Below are positions 62,961-64,000 of a stretch of 64,000 bases of DNA, piece after piece. The DNA is taken from contig CAWCPV010000002.1 of the NCBI GenBank assembly GCA_963797555.1, positions 64,001 to 128,000 of the forward strand, given 5' to 3'. Origin of the DNA: an uncultured Gammaproteobacteria bacterium (GTDB taxonomy: Bacteria; Pseudomonadota; Gammaproteobacteria; CAWCPV01). The position numbers and the translations under genes are program-made. Each line of letters opens with the position of its first letter. Position 1 is the first letter of the stretch. The notes below the pieces were generated by a model. The model worked only from the letters and a program-made list of their open reading frames with translations. It searched no databases and was not told the origin of the DNA.

Positions 62961-64000
62961 GTAACCGTTCACCCCCCTGGAATATTTTGACCCGGAGGGC
63001 TGGACAAAACGGTTCCAGCGTGAGACAGTTGGGTGCCCTTGGCAGGATGTTCCTCGACCTCACTGTCACACACAATCATGGTGCTCAAGGAGCACGACCT
63101 TCGTCAGCTCAGCGAGGAGCGCATTCTGGAGCTGAGGCAGAAGGATCCCGATGCGCTGGCAGCGCTGAGCATCCGCCTGCTGCAGGATCTCAAGGAAGCG
63201 TGGGAGCGGCTCAATCAGAGTCCCTCCAATAGCTCTCGTCCGCCGAGCAGTCAAGACCCCTGGCTGCGTGCGCGGGAGGACGAAGAGGCCGACGCCGGTC
63301 CTGAGGACGAGGAGGCCAAGAGCCGTTCTGAGGAGGATGGCCTCCCCGGGGCTGGCGGCCAGAAGGGCGCAAAGGACACGAGTGGCAAGACCTCAGGGAC
63401 GCAGCGCCGAGCGGGCCGGCAGCCTGGCTCCCAGGGATTCGGGCGCGCCCAGAAGCTGACAGTCACCGATTGGGACCATCATCGGCCGGGAAGTTGTGCG
63501 CTGTGTGGTGGGGCGCTCAATCCTGAGCAGGCGAAGCCCTACACCGCCTTTGATAGGCTGGACTTGGTCTTTGGCGATGAGCAGGCGCCGGGGCTGCGCC
63601 TGACCTGCACGCGGCAGGTATACTACCAGAGCCGTTGCGACTGTGGTCATGAGACCCGGCAGGCGCCGCACCGCGCGCCCGAGCACTTGGGATGCTGGCG
63701 AGGGGTGGAGCTTGGCGAGTGGCGCCTGGTGGGGCCGGGATTGTGCGCCTTCATCGTCTGGCTGCGGTTTCGGATGCGCCTGTCCATCCGCCTGGTCCGG
63801 GAGTTCCTGCACGAGGTGTTTGGGCTGGCGCTCGGCATCGGCACCCTCCACCAATGCGTGATGGAGACCGCCCGTGCCTGCGAGCCGGTCGAGGATGAGC
63901 TGGTGACCCAGTTGCTGGAAGCGGCCCTCATGCATGCCGATGAGACACCGCACAAGCAATGGGGAGAGCCCTTGTGGTTATGGGTGTTCATCTCGGCCTC
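62961..64000 (+). mobile_element. IS66-family element (single-ORF type), transposase from 63078 runs off window
   Basis: End GTAACCGTTCAC; RLNQSPSNSSRPPSS, G.QPG..G, C..CG zinc finger, HADET. Confidence 0.88.

Overview
High-GC bacterial DNA. Gene content and order suggest a gammaproteobacterium, probably from a long-read or MAG assembly, because there are many single-base indels. 1-16.9 kb is core chromosome: leuS-lptE-holA-proA-nadD-rsfS, waaA, yjbQ, gltA-acnA, pcm plus a spermidine-synthase-like membrane protein, an SH3 protein and a porin. 17-30.5 kb is the most interesting part, an IS-riddled island. It combines ferrosome(fez)-like small proteins (2x DUF5132-like, 2x HMA2-like), a 22-residue-repeat amphipathic protein, an HMA2-fused P2A ATPase and a MetK paralogue whose methionine and adenine pockets are rewired. 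It also carries a PlcP-like phospholipase / SAM-methyltransferase / PSD-like decarboxylase operon. Each of four promoter regions carries in-phase 11-bp Pho-box-like repeats, suggesting an undescribed phosphate-starvation membrane-remodelling or compartment system. 31-53 kb holds accessory metabolic and efflux genes, several broken by IS630 or IS1634, and an RND operon with a 481-bp duplication. 53.6-64 kb is a mobile-DNA mosaic. It contains IS91 relics around an IS21-disrupted BBP7 beta-barrel gene and an integrase-less integron cassette array. The array is interleaved with TIR-flanked RAYT (HUH Y1) elements whose ends sit next to attI-like sites, followed by IS630 and IS66. No rRNA, tRNA or CRISPR array was seen.
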